DNA from: a virus
Lineage: Duplodnaviria > Heunggongvirae > Uroviricota > Caudoviricetes
Virus record (IMG/VR): IMGVR_UViG_2585427795_000004
DNA length: 8,078 bases
Direction: 5' to 3' (one strand)
A program made the translations under genes and the position numbers. Shown in pieces: positions 1 through 6,524 of the stretch. The notes below the pieces were generated by a model. It was not told the origin of the DNA, did not search any database, and worked only from the letters and a program-made list of their open reading frames with translations. Within the stretch, counting starts at the first letter, position 1, and each line of letters begins with the position of its first letter.

Positions 1-556
1 CCCCCTCGCCATCAATATCTTCCGGAAAACGGTCATAATCCGTCAGCGCGACGCATTTATAATCTGATGAGGACATGATATTGACTGACGGCCAGCCGAT
101 TTTCAGGTAGTTACCAGCAAGGAATGTTCTGTCATAAACGTTGTTGTCATTTTTGTTCGGACTCAGGCGACTGACCACTTCCGGGCTGACGCGAAACGTT
201 CTGGCGAGTCGTTTTTTGGAGTGTTCGCGGGCTTTTTCCTCCGTCATCTGTATGATCAGCATATCAGCAGGATCGCAAATCACGTTGTAAATCACCCAGC
301 CGTCAATCAGGCCGATAGTCTTGCCGGTTCGTGCCGGGCCAACAAATATCACTGCGTCGTATTCACGCGAGGCCAGGCAGTTCATCGGCTCAATAACATA
401 CGGTGCCACCAGCGGATCCCACGGGACTGAGTTCCCTGCCCCCATGGGCACCCGCATATACTGAGCAACGGCATCAGCAACCCGCATTCGTCTCGGTGCG
501 CGAAGGATATAACCTGAATCGGTTCGTGCTGCCTTTGCGGTTTCCTGATTCAGCAT
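1..556 (-). CDS. Phage terminase large subunit (lambda gpA-like), N-terminal 185 codons; gene continues past the window start
   Basis: Open minus-strand frame from ATG (complement of 554-556) to the window edge with no stop. Translation MLNQETAKAARTDSGYILRAPRRMRVADAVAQYMRVPMGAGNSVPWDPLVAPYVIEPMNCLASREYDAVIFVGPARTGKT... has a P-loop-like GPARTGKT and resembles the gpA N-terminal ATPase region (recalled, not searched). Its ATG overlaps the upstream gene's TAA as TAATG. Confidence 0.85.
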   Translation of the reverse strand, partial: MLNQETAKAARTDSGYILRAPRRMRVADAVAQYMRVPMGAGNSVPWDPLVAPYVIEPMNCLASREYDAVIFVGPARTGKTIGLIDGWVIYNVICDPADMLIIQMTEEKAREHSKKRLARTFRVSPEVVSRLSPNKNDNNVYDRTFLAGNYLKIGWPSVNIMSSSDYKCVALTDYDRFPEDIDGEG

Positions 557-1050
557 TACTCCTCCCGCTGTAATTCCTCCTCATCATCCGCACCTGCTTC
601 GGTCACCCGCAGGGCTATCTGATCGCGCAGATCATCAATAATGGACTGAACACGGCTCACAGCGGCAGGCTGCAGACCGCAGTCACGTTCAAGAATATCC
701 GGTAATGTCTCCAGCACCTGCACGACCGCTTTTGCCCAGATGGCAAACTCCCGTCTGACATCACTGGCCGGAATGAGTTGTGCCGTTTCCTGTTCGAACT
801 TAAGACGCTCACGTTCAGACTGATACCAGGCTTTGCGCTCATGCGCGTCCATTTCGCCTTCTGCAACCGGCGGTGGTAATGCCAGAAATGCCGACACAAT
901 ATCAACCACCCGATAAAGCTTGAGGTTGCTTTCATGCCCCCCTGCAACGGGTAGATTTTGCAGCCTTGCCGCAGCAGTCTGGCGATGTACACCTGACAGA
1001 GCCGCCAGTTGACTGATATTCAGCGTCAGATTTTTTAACTCTCGATCCAT
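556..1050 (-). CDS. Phage terminase small subunit (Nu1-like, N-terminal HTH DNA-binding domain)
   Basis: 164-aa ORF; ATG at 1050 preceded by GGAG with 5-nt spacing. N-terminus LNISQLAALSGVHRQTAAARL is HTH-like and the acidic C-terminus is typical of TerS. It sits directly upstream of, and is translationally coupled to, the large subunit, and about 175 bp downstream of the predicted cos. Confidence 0.8.
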   Translation of the reverse strand: MDRELKNLTLNISQLAALSGVHRQTAAARLQNLPVAGGHESNLKLYRVVDIVSAFLALPPPVAEGEMDAHERKAWYQSERERLKFEQETAQLIPASDVRREFAIWAKAVVQVLETLPDILERDCGLQPAAVSRVQSIIDDLRDQIALRVTEAGADDEEELQREE

Positions 1051-1153
1051 ACCCGCTCCAGAATGTTTTAAACATGCATCTTGCGAACAACTTTAGGCAA
1101 ACGGTGTTAGTGATGAACAAAAAACAATCAAAATCGACACCACAAAAATAAAA

Positions 1154-1185
1154 CCACTGTAATATCAATACATTACAGTAGTGGT
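1154..1185. promoter_or_regulatory. cosB-like element: inverted repeat ACTGTAAT(1156-1163)/ATTACAGT(1172-1179) enclosing an IHF-consensus match tATCAAtacaTTa (1163-1175)
   Basis: The dyad symmetry and the match to WATCAANNNNTTR are read directly from the sequence. Position between predicted cosN and the terS start matches where lambda cosB carries the I1 IHF site and Nu1-binding R elements. Confidence 0.45.
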
Positions 1186-1224
1186 GATGACGAATGAAAT
1201 TTCAAAAACTAGCCTTTTTCCGCG

Positions 1225-1236
1225 ACGCTCCCGCCC
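1225..1236. other. Predicted cosN; putative 12-nt cohesive end (minus-strand GGGCGGGAGCGT)
   Basis: Minus strand reads ...CGGGTCCTCCCGGTGGGGGGGGCTGCCACG-GGGCGGGAGCGT-CGCGG..., which aligns with my memory of lambda cos ...CGGGTCCTTTCCGGTG...GTTACG-GGGCGGCGACCT-CGCGG.... Orientation and distance to terS are as in lambda. Exact nick positions are inferred. Confidence 0.45.
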
Positions 1237-1602
1237 CGTGGCAGCCCCCCCCACCGGGAGGACCCGACAGCCTGACAACCGTGACGAGCATCTGAAACAG
1301 AGCTTTACATAATGGCATGAGGATAATTCAGAAGGACATCACAGCATGCCCACACAAATTAGTGTGAGTGTCCTGTTTCTTACTACGCGCAGGACTGACG
1401 AGCATGAGGGGAAAATACGAGAACCGAAATGCCTTATCTTCAGAAATGCAGCCAGCATCCGAACTGGACGATATTGTAAATTCACCTAAATACGAGGCAT
1501 TGCTGTAGTTGAATTACAGTACTGTATTAGCCTGACAGTGACAGAATACGATATTGACTCTGTCACTTGTGAAATGGTCAGAATGGTTAGCAGTTATGGT
1601 GA

Positions 1603-1809
1603 TCAATCAACCACCAGGGAATAATCCTTCGTATTCTTATCGTGCTTCACTAACGCTGCCTCAATTGCCCTGAATGCTTCCAGAGATACTTGATGTTCTA
1701 TACATGCAATTATAACATCCGGGTAACTCATCGAAATGGTGCTATTAAGCATAGTTTTTACACGAACCTGCTCTTGGGAGGGGGCCTCAGTACATTGATC
1801 TTTATGCAT
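1603..1809 (-). CDS. Hypothetical small protein (68 aa), function unknown
   Basis: ATG at 1809 preceded by GGAG about 8 nt upstream (minus strand catGGAGcgacaaaATG). No recognisable family. Divergent from the YdfO-like gene across a 272-bp intergenic region. Confidence 0.4.
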   Translation of the reverse strand: MHKDQCTEAPSQEQVRVKTMLNSTISMSYPDVIIACIEHQVSLEAFRAIEAALVKHDKNTKDYSLVVD

Positions 1810-1993
1810 TTTGTCGCTCCATGCGTTTGTTCTTCACTTGTCGCTAAAAATATAACTTCAAATCTTTGAGCGTGGAAGTGTGGAAGTCACTGCGCGTTGA
1901 TCTTGCATGCATCGGTCGTTTGTTTCCCCCCTGGCATATCAGAAAAACCAGGTTTTATAGCGGAATCAATACTATGTATTTACCACCTGACTT

Positions 1994-2022
1994 TTGACAT
2001 AAATCATCAATAAAACATATAA
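1994..2022 (+). promoter_or_regulatory. Candidate sigma70 promoter for the YdfO-like gene
   Basis: TTGACA at 1994-1999, 17-bp spacer, ATATAA at 2017-2022 (or TATAAA with an 18-bp spacer), about 60-75 bp upstream of the start codon. Sequence-only prediction. Confidence 0.35.
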
Positions 2023-2096
2023 AGGTCAGACCAGATTGAAACGATAAAAACGATCTTGCAAACTACTCGCCCTCATATCATATGGAAGGTTTATCT

Positions 2097-2507
2097 ATGG
2101 ATCAGGTAGTCATTTTTAAACAAATATTTGATAAAGTTCGAAACGATTTAAACTATCAATGGTTTTATTCTGAGCTAAAACGTCACAATGTCTCACATTA
2201 CATTTACTATTTAGCCACAGAGAATGTTCACATTGTATTAAAAAATGATAATACAGTGTTATTAAAGGGCCTAAAAAACATTGTGTCTGTCAAATTTTCA
2301 AAGGATAGGCATCTTATAGAAACGACCTCTAATAAGCTGAAATCCAGAGAGATCACATTTCAGGAATACAGAAGAAACCTTGCTAAAGCAGGAGTTTTTC
2401 GGTGGGTTACAAATATCCACGAACAAAAAAGATATTACTATACCTTTGATAATTCATTACTCTTTACTGAAAACATACAGAGCACATCACAAATGTTTCC
2501 ACACTAA
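2097..2507 (+). CDS. DUF1398-family prophage protein (YdfO/YbcV-like); AT-rich moron
   Basis: 136-aa product from the ATG at 2097 ([13 protein letters not shown]...), which has a GGAAGG Shine-Dalgarno 8 nt upstream. The track's ATG at 2082 has none. Similarity to Qin-prophage YdfO is recalled from memory. The gene is visibly AT-rich and rich in ATA/AGA codons compared with its neighbours. Confidence 0.65.
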   Translation: MDQVVIFKQIFDKVRNDLNYQWFYSELKRHNVSHYIYYLATENVHIVLKNDNTVLLKGLKNIVSVKFSKDRHLIETTSNKLKSREITFQEYRRNLAKAGVFRWVTNIHEQKRYYYTFDNSLLFTENIQSTSQMFPH

Positions 2508-2826
2508 ACCATAACGTCCGGTTTCTTCTACCCCAGCACCGGACTGGCTGACATGAAGAGCAACCACACGTTCAGTTCACGCGTTAATAACCCGGTGAAC
2601 ATCGTTTTTGATTATTCCCCCACACTCGCGCAGAAGGAGTTCCCCGTCAGGCTACAGTCATAATTAATGCAGGAGTACAGCGACGATACAGCGCACAGAA
2701 ATAAATCAGACATCCATTGACTTCATAAAGACGGTGCATAGCATCGACAGGAGTAATTGCGTAAATTGAACTCTTGGCACACTTTAGCCACCGGCGAATC
2801 TTCAGCGGATTATCCTTGGCCGGTTT

Positions 2827-3291
2827 TTATCTGAGGCATTGCTCACGAATGTATAGCTGTGCCCCTTCCAGTTGTTTTTGCATTATTGTCAGTCGCGCTC
2901 TGAGGGTGAAATAATCCCGCTCAGCGGTGTCTTCCAGTCGGGGGGCGGCTGCATTATCCACGCCGGAGGCGGCGGTGCCTTCACGCACGGACGAACAGAC
3001 TGCCTTGATGCGCAACCGACGATGACCAGCGGCAACATCATCACGCAAAGCATCATTTTCAGCCTTCGCATCAGCTAACTCCTTCAGGTATTTTGCATCG
3101 AGTGCAGCAACATCACGCTGGCGTATCTGCATGTCAGTAATGATTGCGGTCGCCTGGTTGAGTTTTTCCGTCACATTATCGCGTTGCGCTTTGTAGGTAA
3201 TGGCATTATCACGGTAATGATTAACAGCCCATGACAGGCAGACGATGATGCAGATAACCAGAGCATAAATAATCGCGGCAACTCTGCTCAC
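2827..3291 (-). CDS. Rz: Rz i-spanin (inner-membrane spanin subunit)
   Basis: Translation from the GTG at 3291 ([38 protein letters not shown]...[31 protein letters not shown]) is near-identical to lambda Rz as I recall it. The GTG overlaps the endolysin TGA stop (GTGA). The track's TTG start at 3306 is probably an over-extension. Confidence 0.9.
   Translation of the reverse strand: MSRVAAIIYALVICIIVCLSWAVNHYRDNAITYKAQRDNVTEKLNQATAIITDMQIRQRDVAALDAKYLKELADAKAENDALRDDVAAGHRRLRIKAVCSSVREGTAASGVDNAAAPRLEDTAERDYFTLRARLTIMQKQLEGAQLYIREQCLR
2889..3071 (-). CDS. Rz1: Rz1 o-spanin (outer-membrane lipoprotein), embedded in the +1 frame of Rz
   Basis: 60 aa, [20 protein letters not shown]... with lipobox VGC and a proline-rich mature region ([14 protein letters not shown]). 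Near-identical to lambda Rz1 and wholly embedded in Rz, as in lambda. Confidence 0.85.
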   Translation of the reverse strand: MRRLKMMLCVMMLPLVIVGCASRQSVRPCVKAPPPPAWIMQPPPDWKTPLSGIISPSERD

Positions 3292-3821
3292 TGCTCTATC
3301 CCCCAACAGGCTAATGCGCTCTCCTGATCACGACGAATAACCTGACCGTAACAGTTATTTGAACGAAGGCGGCAATCGCGCCCCCTGTCCTTAATCCACC
3401 AGCGAATCGCCTCGCAGGCACCTTTACGATCACCTGCATTCAGCCGCTTATAAAATGTCGACGGAAAACACTTACCGGGGCCAATGTTATAGGGACAAAA
3501 TGACGCGATACCCGCTTTCTGGGGTTCGGTCAGCGGCACTTTAATATTGCGCTCCACCCATGCCAGCGCCTTATCGCGTTCAATGGCATTAACCTGAGCG
3601 CATTTTTCCTTCGTCAGTTTCATGCCCGGAATAACAGGTTTACCATCCACCATCGTGGCACCACGACAGATGGTCCATATGCCGGAACCATCGCGGTATG
3701 CCGTAGTATGGTTACCCTCTTTTTCATCCAGAAACTGGTCAAGTATTTGAGGAGCAGACGCGCCTGCAGCAATCAGCGCCAGAACCGCAGCTGACAGGCC
3801 GTATTTGATTTTTGCGCTCAT
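3288..3821 (-). CDS. SAR endolysin (phage lysozyme, T4-lysozyme/GH24-like) with N-terminal signal-anchor-release domain
   Basis: 177 aa. N-terminus [15 protein letters not shown] is a Gly/Ala-rich weakly hydrophobic SAR-type segment, followed by the lysozyme E...D...T catalytic motif ([19 protein letters not shown]). Resembles the Qin/21-type lysozyme (recalled). Confidence 0.9.
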   Translation of the reverse strand: MSAKIKYGLSAAVLALIAAGASAPQILDQFLDEKEGNHTTAYRDGSGIWTICRGATMVDGKPVIPGMKLTKEKCAQVNAIERDKALAWVERNIKVPLTEPQKAGIASFCPYNIGPGKCFPSTFYKRLNAGDRKGACEAIRWWIKDRGRDCRLRSNNCYGQVIRRDQESALACWGIEQ

Positions 3822-3876
3822 GGATATTTATCAGGATGCTACCAATGAAAGATACTGGAAAGCCAACTGCAAAAAG

Positions 3877-4191
3877 CTAACAACCTGTAATCGAGTTATC
3901 AGAACTGTTAATTTTTATGGTATACCGCGCCTCTGAACAGGGGCGCGTTTCTGGCAACAGCTCGTCCCCTTCACATAACCCGGCAGCAACATCCAGGAAG
4001 ACCTGTCTGATGCTCCTTCTGGCTGCTGCCTCATAAAACTCCAGCGCGGCACCTTCAACACGGTCCAGCGAGATGTCCAGGTCAAAAATTTCACCGTCAA
4101 AGCGTTTTTTGTCCCGTAACGCTAAAGTTACCGTAACTTTATTCTCAAAATTGCGGATCCCTTTCACAATCAGTTCATATTTTTGAGTCAT
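3877..4191 (-). CDS. YdfR-like small protein (DUF1327 family) located between holin and endolysin
   Basis: 104-aa ORF; ATG at 4191 with GGGGAGAG Shine-Dalgarno about 8 nt upstream. Position between pinholin and endolysin matches the Qin prophage essQ-ydfR-rrrQ arrangement. Family assignment is from memory and context. Confidence 0.6.
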   Translation of the reverse strand: MTQKYELIVKGIRNFENKVTVTLALRDKKRFDGEIFDLDISLDRVEGAALEFYEAAARRSIRQVFLDVAAGLCEGDELLPETRPCSEARYTIKINSSDNSITGC

Positions 4192-4195
4192 TGAA

Positions 4196-4411
4196 TTACT
4201 CTCCCCGTGCAGCCTTACGCTTGTCTTCTTTAATCTTGAAATAAAGGTTTGTCAGGTACGTCAGCAGGCCAAATACCAGGCTACCCAGCACACCTATTGC
4301 TGCCCACTGTGAGGGCGTGACTTTATCGAGCAGCTGTAAAAACCAGTAGCCAGCACTGCCTGCGGAGGTGCCGTAGGCAATGCCTGTTGAAATTTTGTCC
4401 ATGGATTTCAT
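4196..4411 (-). CDS. Class II pinholin (phage 21 S21-like), dual-start antiholin/holin
   Basis: [71 protein letters not shown] closely matches S21 as recalled. GGAGGTGAGG sits immediately upstream of the ATG at 4411, with a second in-frame Met three codons in (M-K-S-M). The track's start at 4468 is an unsupported N-terminal extension. Pairing with a SAR endolysin is the expected pinholin system. Confidence 0.9.
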   Translation of the reverse strand: MKSMDKISTGIAYGTSAGSAGYWFLQLLDKVTPSQWAAIGVLGSLVFGLLTYLTNLYFKIKEDKRKAARGE

Positions 4412-4445
4412 AGCCTCACCTCCGCACGGAACGGATGGCATAGTT

Positions 4446-4473
4446 ATTATGTGTAGGCTTCCAGACACATCAA
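4446..4473 (-). promoter_or_regulatory. Weak candidate sigma70 promoter upstream of the holin
   Basis: Minus strand: TTGATG (complement of 4468-4473), 16-bp spacer, CATAAT (complement of 4446-4451), about 35 nt upstream of the holin start. Sequence-only, and the region is AT-rich, so it could be chance. Confidence 0.25.
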
Positions 4474-4510
4474 TCGGAGCCTTAATTGATATATATGCTG
4501 GAGACGATGC

Positions 4511-4537
4511 AATATAAAAAGCTCGCCGTAGCGAGCT
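4511..4537 (-). terminator. Rho-independent terminator downstream of the lipoprotein cassette
   Basis: Minus-strand RNA AGCUCGC-UACG-GCGAGCU followed by UUUUAUAUU: a 7-bp stem with 5 GC pairs, 4-nt loop and U-tract. Lies about 125 bp downstream of the TAG stop at 4663 and upstream of the holin. Confidence 0.6.
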
Positions 4538-4662
4538 AATAAAATGTATTTCTCTGATATTATGTTTATTTGTATTAGCTCAGACTTGACATCACAGGTT
4601 TCGTATATAGAACATCATCAAATCTGTCAGTTTGCTATGAATGAGATATAGTAATTGAAGAG

Positions 4663-5058
4663 CTAACCTCGCATGTCAAAGCCAGATTTCTGAAAATCTC
4701 TGTAGACTTCCGGATTGTTGAAGGCCGGAAATTTGGCTTTATGAGCTGCGGACTTTATCGCTTCGCAATAGGCTTTATCACCGTTACTGGTAGATATTTT
4801 TAACGCCGTGCCATCCTGAGAGAATTCCATATGCAACCTGCATTTTTTCCCTTTCCAGTTATGCGGCTCATCAAGTTTGGCATTAATTGCAGCTCTGATT
4901 CCCCGCGCTTGCGCCCCCCATTCATCCTGATCATCCCAGCGTCCTGAACTGCAACTACCTGTAGCAGTAGTTTTGTGGCAATCTGAAGGGTGTAAAGGTG
5001 TGCATCCCGCAACAAAACCGACCCAAAAAGTCAACATAACGATTTTCTTTAATCCCAC
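4663..5058 (-). CDS. Lipoprotein with a C-terminal domain homologous to TolA domain III (paralog 1)
   Basis: GTG start at 5058 with GAGGAG 6 nt upstream. Signal peptide MGLKKIVMLTFWVGFVAGC has lipobox VAGC and +2 Thr. C-terminal region ...GKKCRLHMEFSQDGTALKISTSNGDKAYCEAIKSAAHKAKFPAFNNPEVYRDFQ... shares the GKxCxLxM...GD..C...PEVY..F pattern and both cysteines with paralog 2 and with TolA-III. Confidence 0.7.
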   Translation of the reverse strand: MGLKKIVMLTFWVGFVAGCTPLHPSDCHKTTATGSCSSGRWDDQDEWGAQARGIRAAINAKLDEPHNWKGKKCRLHMEFSQDGTALKISTSNGDKAYCEAIKSAAHKAKFPAFNNPEVYRDFQKSGFDMRG

Positions 5059-5208
5059 TTCTTGCTCCTCAATCCATTAAAATCTCAGCAATAGTAGTTG
5101 TTACGTCCGCCACTGGCTCAGAGCTGACTATCCGCTAGATTTAGCTCAGTGCCGTAGTTGTGTCAGAACAAACCTAAGCCGAAACCGTTTATTACAAAAC
5201 AATAAATA

Positions 5209-5637
5209 TCAGGGTTTAAAATCCAGCACCCCATTTTGAAATACTTTATATACTTCCGGCGAAGGGGGGGCAGGTATATCAGCATTCTTTATCGCATTCA
5301 TCGCTTCACGACATAAATCGAGGTCTCCACTTTCTCTTTTAACCTCCAGTAGAAGGCCATTCGGGGCCATATGCATTCTCAGTGTACACTCTTTTCCTGA
5401 ATACTTACTCGCATCCCCGAACTGTTTTTCGATGGCGCTCTTGATTTGATGGGCATACAGACGGATATCCTCACTAACATCAGAAGTACGTTCAGATGAA
5501 CTCACATACTGTGTCTCTATTGCTTTATCGGAGTAATATGATGTACGGTCATGATAATTTGTCGATACAGCATCAGTGCACCCGATAATAATCCCACTAA
5601 TAATCAACGTAAGAATTGATGCGCTACGAAAACCCAT
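5209..5637 (-). CDS. Lipoprotein with a C-terminal domain homologous to TolA domain III (paralog 2)
   Basis: ATG at 5637 with GAGGA upstream. Signal peptide MGFRSASILTLIISGIIIGC has lipobox IIGC and +2 Thr. C-terminus ...YAHQIKSAIEKQFGDASKYSGKECTLRMHMAPNGLLLEVKRESGDLDLCREAMNAIKNADIPAPPSPEVYKVFQNGVLDFKP aligns residue-by-residue with E. coli TolA's C-terminus as I recall it (...YAGQIKSAIESKFYDASSYAGKTCTLRIKLAPDGMLLDIKPEGGDPALCQAALAAAKLAKIPKPPSQAVYEVFKNAPLDFKP), including the disulfide cysteines. Confidence 0.8.
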   Translation of the reverse strand: MGFRSASILTLIISGIIIGCTDAVSTNYHDRTSYYSDKAIETQYVSSSERTSDVSEDIRLYAHQIKSAIEKQFGDASKYSGKECTLRMHMAPNGLLLEVKRESGDLDLCREAMNAIKNADIPAPPSPEVYKVFQNGVLDFKP

Positions 5638-5666
5638 TTTTCCTCACATATGTCATATAGTAAAGG

Positions 5667-5696
5667 ATTATATATACCGTTGTTTTGGACGCTCAA
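5667..5696 (-). promoter_or_regulatory. Candidate sigma70 promoter for the lipoprotein cassette
   Basis: Minus strand: TTGAGC (complement of 5691-5696), 18-bp spacer, perfect TATAAT (complement of 5667-5672), about 30 nt upstream of the paralog-2 ATG. Sequence-only prediction. Confidence 0.4.
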
Positions 5697-6170
5697 ACAG
5701 CGAATCAGATCAAATAAAACGCACATTTGTTAACATTTACACAAAGTCTGCGTGGGATATTCTGAAAGAATATCCATAATGTGGAGAGAATCTATTGAAG
5801 TGCATGGTGCCGGGGGCCTCCCGGTGAATTCAGTACCAGCACCTGAATCCACGATTATCCCATATACCTACTCGCTGATTGCCCCTCCGCACAGGGGGAT
5901 TCACCATGCCAGTTTCTTTTAACAAACTCCCCGCAAACCAGAGAACAGTCAACCGCCTGAATTGTGAAGTATTTAAAAATTTCTCCCGCTAACTGATACC
6001 CGGCTAACAGTCTGGCGTTTTCTTTTTCAGCAACGGGAAAGCAACAACTACCACCCCCGCCACCAGCACACCGTCAGCCAGCACTGACATTATCCGGCTG
6101 CTGCAATGCCATTCACAAAAACAGTAAGCAATCACTTTTTACCGTAACAGGTGATAATCCAGATATGTAT

Positions 6171-6524
6171 CTACCCCAGATGAGTAATCCGAAGTTCATC
6201 CATACCACAGGTCCTGGCTATTCTGTTGTACTCCTGAACAAGAGCAAATAATTCTGAATTAGCAACCATGAACTCATCGCAAACCCTCTGTATAGCATCA
6301 CTATTCAGAATAATAACGTCTCTTCCCGAAAGACGATCAGGAGCACAGAACAAAACTGTCAAACGGCTGAAGGCCTTTGCTCGTGCTGCATTGACTATAT
6401 CAATACGCTGCCTAAGGATGAAACACCCCGACGCCTCATCAATATTCACTCTACCCACACCATATGAATGATAAATATTTAATGCTGAAAAAACCATTAG
6501 ACCGTATAACAAACACTCAATCAA
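6171..6524 (-). CDS. Hypothetical protein, no family recognised
   Basis: 354-nt ORF, but the 6524 start is TTG with no convincing Shine-Dalgarno, and the first in-frame ATG (codon 10) also lacks one. An overlapping plus-strand ORF (6268..6471) exists. It may be a real moron, a gene remnant or non-coding. Confidence 0.3.
   Translation of the reverse strand: MIECLLYGLMVFSALNIYHSYGVGRVNIDEASGCFILRQRIDIVNAARAKAFSRLTVLFCAPDRLSGRDVIILNSDAIQRVCDEFMVANSELFALVQEYNRIARTCGMDELRITHLG

Noticed and set aside
221-430. 69-aa plus-strand ORF from the six-frame track
   Set aside because: It lies entirely inside, and antisense to, the well-supported terminase large subunit frame, and has no recognisable product. 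Treated as a chance antisense ORF.
657-1168. Two minus-strand ORFs (657..992 and 932..1168) overlapping terS
   Set aside because: They are alternative frames of the same strand as the Nu1-like gene. Their Cys/Arg/Trp-rich products look like frame artefacts, and 932..1168 runs into the cosB region.
1515-1538. Possible LexA (SOS) box around the TACAGTACTGTA palindrome
   Set aside because: The LexA consensus is CTGT-N8-ACAG. Here the CTGT and ACAG elements are separated by 9 nt (or are adjacent within the palindrome), so the spacing does not fit.
2516-2544. Hairpin GTCCGGT/ACCGGAC downstream of the YdfO-like gene as an intrinsic terminator
   Set aside because: The stem is perfect, but the loop is 15 nt and no U-tract follows on the plus strand, so it does not meet the criteria for a rho-independent terminator.
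2872-3078. 68-aa plus-strand ORF antisense to Rz/Rz1
   Set aside because: The Rz/Rz1 frames account for this sequence with near-identity to lambda, and the Gly-rich antisense product is typical of an artefact.
3306-3306. Rz start at the TTG proposed by the track
   Set aside because: The GTG at 3291 gives an N-terminus (MSRVAAII...) that matches lambda Rz and overlaps the endolysin stop in a coupled arrangement. The TTG adds four unsupported residues.
3915-4100. 61-aa alternative-frame ORF inside the YdfR-like gene
   Set aside because: Overlapping frame with no ribosome-binding site or family signal. The YdfR-like frame has a strong Shine-Dalgarno and a matching genomic context.
4412-4468. 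N-terminal extension of the holin (track start at 4468, [19 protein letters not shown]...)
   Set aside because: The strong GGAGGTGAGG sits immediately before the internal ATG at 4411, and the S21-type holin begins MKSMDK. The extension has no ribosome-binding site and covers the putative promoter.
4800-5015. 71-aa alternative-frame ORF inside lipoprotein paralog 1
   Set aside because: Overlapping frame. The lipoprotein frame has a lipobox signal peptide, a strong Shine-Dalgarno and the conserved TolA-III-like motif.
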